Assembly (NCBI RefSeq): GCF_032191835.1
Contig: NC_083226.1
Location: 55,800,001 to 55,864,000 of the forward strand
DNA length: 64,000 nt
Direction of reading: 5' to 3'
Source of the DNA: Heteronotia binoei
Taxonomy: Eukaryota
Shown here one piece after another: positions 61,185 through 64,000 of this stretch. The translations under genes were made by a program, and so were the position numbers. A model generated the notes under the pieces. It ran no database searches. It saw only the letters and a program-made list of their open reading frames with translations, and was not told the origin of the DNA. Position 1 is the first letter of the stretch; every line of letters begins with the position of its first letter.

Positions 61185-62466
61185 AATAAAAGGTATGGAA
61201 GGAACCAGTTTTAAAAGGAATGTGGGGGTGGAATGGTGGAAAAACTGGGACAACACTGGGATGTTTATGAAGTTGTTTGAATATAAGGGAAGAAATCAGG
61301 GAATGGAACATCAGGGAATGAAAATGGAATTCTAAGGCAGTCTGGAAAATGCCTCTGTTTTCACAATGTGATATGAACCTGCAACATAGGTCAATTAGCT
61401 GACACATTATCTAGCTCTTATTTACATAGCAAAGTTAGTGTTTGTTACCATAGGAAATAAAGGATACAATTTCCATCTTGTATTTCCTACTTGATTTATT
61501 TTTTGCACATTTCTTATGTACCCAAATCTGTTTAGTTTGTCAATTACACAAACAGTAGACTACTTAAGTTATTAACTATGTCCATTGATATCTAACAGTA
61601 ATTCAGAATCAATATTGTTGCAAAGCTTGGTGTTGTGTATTGTTCTTGCTACTAACCATGTTTTCAAAACAGAAGTAAACTGCTTCCCAAAATATTTGAG
61701 AAATTATTCCCCTTTCATGTGCAATATGCTTGTCTAGAGAAATTGCAACAAATGTACACAGAAACAAATTGACCGTTCTACTGTGCAGAATGTTATCCAC
61801 ATTGCATTCTCTTTTCTTATGCAGATGCTTCCCCAAGTCCAAAGTGAACCAAAATTCCTAGTACTTATTATGGTTAGCTATAGTGTATTTTTTTAAAAAA
61901 TAATAATACATAAAATTGTGTTGACTGATATATGCTTTGTATTTTGAAACAACACAACAAAGGAAGTGGGGAGTGGTTTTCATGGGTTTTACTTTTCACT
62001 CATGAATAATTTTGTTAGTAATAGTATGAACAGTGTCTGCTAACTTAAAATTTTCCATGGTTAGCATTTTTAGAAAGAGAGTATTTTCTGTCTTTTCTAC
62101 ATTAGCAATAAACACAGTATCTAGAAGTAACATTGACATCAACTTCAATGGACTGTAATTCCACATTAAATAAAATGAAACTTTTAAACATAATTTAAAT
62201 TTCTTATGCAAGTGTGATTGGCATGTCTTCAGGTCTACTGTACTAGTATTGTTTTAGGTGGTGCTCATGATTAAGAAACTATGTAATTTAAATATCTTAA
62301 ATTCTTTCCGGGCTGTAAGTGTGGCTCATGATAGGGGAGAGAAACCAAAATGAAACACTTGCATTTATACTACATATAAGTTAGTAGATAAATATCTGTA
62401 AAATCCCATGCAAGTTTGCTTGACTCACAAATAATTTCCATTTATTCTGTGGGGCATACTACCAGG

Positions 62467-63010
62467 CAGGGCCGGATTGAACCCTGTGGAGGCCCCTAGG
62501 TAGTCAAAATCTCAGGCACCCCCTTGCAAATTATCTCAGAGTTGGAGGGACCACCCCACTGCCTGTAGTCCCCACTGCAGCCTGCAGGCACCTTCTCAAA
62601 AGCCCCTTTGACAAAGCTGTGGGGGAGAGGCAGAGAGAGGCAAACTTGGCAATGACACCAGCAGCAGCCTCACCAGGCAAATCGGGCAAAGAGCAGCTCA
62701 GTTGCTGGCTATGTGTGCAGACTGGGAGGGCTACAAGGGGGGGATTGGGGGGGAAGCCAACCTGGGCCTTTAAAAAAATGGGGGCCCATAGGCCAGTGCC
62801 TACTTGGCCTAATTGTTAATCTGGCCCTGGATGCCATCATCAGCCACACCAGGCAAGTTGAGCAAAGAGCAGCTTAGTTGCTGGCTGCATGTGCAGGCTG
62901 GTAAGGCTGCAAGGAGGGGGGGAAACTGGGGGGAAGCCAGCCTGGGGCCCCTAAAGGTGTGGGGGTCTATAGGCCAGTGCTTACTTGGCATAATTGTTAA
63001 TCTGGCCCTG
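62467..63010. mobile_element. CAGGGCCGGATT-type hAT MITE with a tandemly duplicated 3' half
   Basis: Perfect TSD CTACCAGG at 62459-62466 and 63011-63018. The right terminus TTGTTAATCTGGCCCTG occurs twice (ending 62829 and 63010). Same family as 46890-47258. Confidence 0.9.
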
Positions 63011-64000
63011 CTACCAGGTAAGTGATTTTAGGATTGCAGCCTTAGTATGCCAGGATCCAACAAACAGTTCATATTTTTTTCTGCATGTCCAGTTGTCTTT
63101 AAACATACTTTCATGACAGATAGCAAATCATTTGAAACTGTGGAGGCATCTTTTTAAAAACATTTGTGATATGTACCAAGTTTCCTCCTTCTGTGCCATT
63201 GCACAGTCTCCCAGAAGTGACACAGGGAGGAGAAGGAGCACCTCTATGCATAGAATTCTGGTAGAGTCCAGGGTTGGCTCTAGAGGTGCCCTACAGCCTA
63301 TCTTGGAGCTCCATGTTGGCAATACTAGAGGAGTGAGAAGCTCATTCTGAGCAAGGCTCTTTGTTATTTGGGGGGAGGGGCTACAGTGTGTCTCTAGCCC
63401 TTTTCAGCAGATATGGGAGAAGATGACTGGCCAGTCATCTTTTCCCACATACTTCCCTTTGTGCATCTGGTGCCCCAAGTGACTGCTTGAGTCACTTCAC
63501 CATTGAACCACCCTTGGGAGAGGTCCAGTTTTAAATTTGGTGTGTGTGTGGGGGGGGGGAATGACATTAACTGATATTCAACAGTCATTCAGCCTTCCCA
63601 GTGCTCTTCCACTGCCCAGTATTGCCTTTCAGTTAAAGAAAAATCAGGAAGACAGTTGATGCTGATTCTATATAATCTGGTTTACTATAAACCACACCCT
63701 CTTGATTCATGCACTTCCATGTATTTTATCAAAATTCCTAGAAACTTAGATTTTTAGATAATTCAAAAATAATTTTGTACAGTTCTCTTTTGGAAAATCC
63801 AGCTGGAAAATGAACCTCTCTAGACAAAAGATTACTGTGTTTAACTTATTCTTAAAAATAGGTTAAGTAAGATAAATTGACAGGATTAGCATTTATGAGC
63901 TTTTAACAAGATTGGTACTGGGCCAGGCTTGAAATGTGCTCAGTGCATAGACAACTTATGCTTGGAGATCTGTTCTGTCTGCATCAGACAGAATTCTTTT

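Overview
Eukaryotic genomic DNA from a squamate reptile, most consistent with a gecko (inferred from the repeat content: Sauria SINE, squamate tRNA-SINEs, BovB, CR1, L1, L2, TAGGGTTGCCA-type hAT MITEs). The window is repeat-dense intronic or intergenic sequence. I could not identify any host gene; there are only a few weak candidate short exons on the + strand. All protein-like ORFs come from transposable elements: a DIRS/Ngaro RT, a Gmr1-like Gypsy (SCAN-like gag, protease, integrase), a second Gypsy integrase, CR1, L2, RTE/BovB, RTE-X, L1 ORF2 and an internally deleted hAT-Charlie transposase. Many MITEs still have readable target-site duplications (TSDs). There is one 3'-truncated U6 pseudogene. 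The most unusual structures are: a 779-bp palindrome whose outer halves are nearly identical while its inner halves are about 10% diverged; a near-perfect 285-bp hairpin MITE with a larger relative; a Helitron-like element carrying an array of palindromic ~37-bp units; a CR1 sub-lineage whose 3'UTR is replaced by a microsatellite; and a degenerate minimal hammerhead ribozyme. I found no CRISPR array and no clearly new biological system. Family names come from motif recall, not database searches. Mismatch counts were made by eye.
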